DNA from: Mytilus galloprovincialis
Lineage: Eukaryota
Length of the DNA: 64,000 nt
NCBI RefSeq assembly: GCF_965363235.1
Contig: NC_134847.1
Span: 70,173,664 to 70,237,663 of the forward strand
Direction: 5' to 3'
Below, in pieces: positions 61,772 to 64,000 of the stretch. The first letter of the stretch is position 1. Each line of letters begins with the position of its first letter. The position numbers and the translations under genes were made by a program. The notes beneath the pieces are model-generated. The model did not search any database. It was not told the origin of the DNA and saw nothing but the letters and a program-made list of their open reading frames with translations.

Positions 61772-63003
61772 CAGTGTTCCAGCTAGGTTTTCAAAAGGGC
61801 AGGGTGCCAATCCTGAAAAAGGGCATTTAACGCGCGATATGATAATATGAAAAGGGCATATTTTAATAAAAGATGTTAATCAAACATTTGTGTTTATTCG
61901 TTGAATCACAGGTTATACAAGAACAACATCTTTAGCCCATATAGAACTCTATCTTTCTACTTTTAAGGCTGAAAAACTTGTCAAGCAGCTTGTCACACAA
62001 GTTTTTTTATCATTGCTTGGCACAGTTGAACTTTATGTGCTGTATGTTTTGAAAGGAGATCTGTTTCATACTGTTTCTATGGTCTACCACATTTTACCAG
62101 TTTCACCTTTCTACCCCTGCTGTGCTTGATGGCAATACAGCACAAAACAGCTGTGCTCAGTAAATTCACAATTTTAGGATATAAAGCAACAGTGAAAAAT
62201 AGTATCAAAAATAAAGAATACAGAAAAAGATGACCAAGGCACCCTACCAACACTGCTACTAAGACCCTCTTTAACTTTTCCCATAACTCAAAATAAATAC
62301 CTAAACATATATATTCTTAAGCAAGAAGTATGGAGACACATTTTAGAATATGTAAATGGGTTACTCAATGCTAGGAAAAAAATCAGATTGAGTTATCTTT
62401 CTTTATTCGGGTGTGCTCCTTCTTTGGAGGATTATAAACAGTACGTAAATATGATGTAAATATGATCACAATATGGCGGCCGATTTTGTTATTTTCGTAT
62501 CAAAAATGAAGGCAGTCAATGACAAATACGTCTGAATTTTCTGTTTATTTTACAGAAAACAAGTAAAACAATGTCTTCAACGAGTTTATAATGGTTTTCC
62601 AACTTTCTGTCATTACGTTTCTTCCATGAAACTACGGTAAACATCGCAAATTGTGCCCAAGTTGTTGTATGCACATTTCTTCAAAGATAATTGCCGACTG
62701 ACCGATTCTATTTGAACGAATTAATGTTGATGATCATTAATGACCCATCCGATAAACAGATTACCTATAACAACAGATTATGACACCAGTTGTAACCATT
62801 GATTAGCTTGGGGTGGTAAACAAAGTCATAATCTTTTCCCCAGGTAAAATTTAGTAATTAGCGTATCATATCAATACGCAAATTAATATGCAATCGATCT
62901 TCAAAAAAGGCAGGGCGCCCTGGAAACTGTAAAAAGGGCACAGGGCGCCACTCGGAAAAGGGCGGGCGCCGCGCCCTCTGAAAACGGCCTAGCTGGAACA
63001 CTG
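61772..63003. mobile_element. Non-autonomous TIR element of about 1.2 kb with a 16-bp perfect terminal inverted repeat (about 35 bp imperfect), CAGTGTTCCAGCTAGG…, flanked by a 5-bp direct repeat ACATT
   Basis: Left end 61772 cagtgttccagctaggttttcaaaagggcagggtgcc. The reverse complement of the right end 62969-63003 is cagtgttccagctaggccgttttcagagggcgcggcgcc. Flanks are ACATT (61767-61771) and ACATT (63004-63008). The subterminal aaaagggca(g)ggcgcc motif is repeated 3 times at each end. Confidence 0.55.
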
Positions 63004-64000
63004 ACATTGATAATGAAAATGTATTAAATTTTAAATATGCAAAGGATATATTTATTGGCAAAATGAACCAATTTAAGTACCAAGTCACTTTGGCATTTTT
63101 TTTTTTTTTCATATAAAGTATAATAAACAATTATTTGATAATTATTAATGACATTTATTAAATACATTTTAATTACAAAGTTGCTTCATATATTAAACTT
63201 CAAGGCAAATACAAATTTTTTCTTGAAGTGTTTTATTATTCAAAGAAAAATAATCTCAAAACTGAATTGTGACTTTTTGTCCTATGATTTTTTTTTTCCG
63301 TGAAATTTTGAGCTGTGACTCTCTGTCCTACATTCATATAATCTTGTATACATTTGTCAAGAATATTTCACTTAAAACCAGACCTTTTAGATAAAGTTAA
63401 TACATTGTAATAACTGCAGGGACTTGAATGAATTAGACTATTTAAAGATACTTGTCTAGTAGTCTCAAATATATATGACAATACAAAATATTATCAATTT
63501 TTGCTATAATAAATATATGTTGAATATATTTATTCAATAGAGAAATAATGAATTGCCTAAATTATATTTAAAATAAGTCCTAAAGATATTATCTTAAACA
63601 TTTGTTAAACAATTTTAAATGCAGATCCGTCTCTCTTAGTATAAACAATTTTGAATTTAGACAATTGATTTTAGAAACACCTTTTCAATAGAAAAAGACA
63701 GGTATAGTGAAAGTTTGCATTATATATGAAGATGACATTCATTTAATCTTCAGTTGTCAAAAAGTACTTGTAAAAAATAACATAAATTGATAGAAGTTAA
63801 AAAAAAAATTTAACCTCAAAACAAAGTCACAAGACATTTAAAAAAAAATGTTATAAGGTTATATGTGTTTTATATGTCTCTGATTCAACTAGTTGTATTA
63901 TTTCATTTTATTTTTAGAATTTTCTGGTCATAATCACAGTAATTAAATTTGACAAACACATATTTTACCTGAGACACTTTACCTGTAGGTTATGTAATTT

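Noticed and set aside
1-64000. Prokaryotic-style features: operons, CRISPR arrays, Shine-Dalgarno-led gene clusters, defence islands
   Set aside because: Coding density is very low. Genes are split by canonical GT…AG introns. Satellites, retroposon-like and TIR elements and an 18S pseudogene dominate. This is a eukaryotic nuclear locus.

Overview
The window reads as nuclear DNA from a eukaryote, most likely a bivalve mollusc. I make that call from memory of mussel HSP70-intron repeats and hammerhead 'retrozymes', not from any search. The region is AT-rich, repeat-dense and intron-rich, with no prokaryotic gene organisation and no CRISPR array. Most six-frame ORFs sit on tandem repeats and are spurious. 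Two plus-strand gene models stand up to canonical AG/GT splice sites with consistent reading phase. Model (i), about 6.6-13.7 kb, is a chain of phase-1/phase-1 exons. It includes a tandemly duplicated HSP70 substrate-binding-domain plus lid segment, and one fused exon that encodes lid plus a second substrate-binding domain in frame. A 1.7 kb composite element sits in the second-copy intron only. Model (ii), 20715-33445, has nine exons encoding about 675 aa: a Pro/Ser/Gln-rich N-terminal region and a C-terminal region I cannot place in any family. The rest is repeats. There is a 61-bp satellite (1-1728) and a 30+31-bp satellite of about 3.5 kb (54348-57851). There are 120-bp and roughly 150-160-bp tandem arrays. 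A family of composite non-autonomous elements has a palindromic 'TATACGNCCG...CGGNCGTATA' hairpin end, a GTC-rich microsatellite, internal satellite arrays and a conserved tail. Several small TIR elements (MITE-like; MITE = miniature inverted-repeat transposable element) are present. A repeat family of about 350 bp carries a hammerhead-ribozyme core (CUGAUGA, 3-bp hairpin, GAAAC, hairpin, GUA/C) in tandem, retrozyme-like. An 18S rRNA pseudogene fragment lies at 49202-49451.
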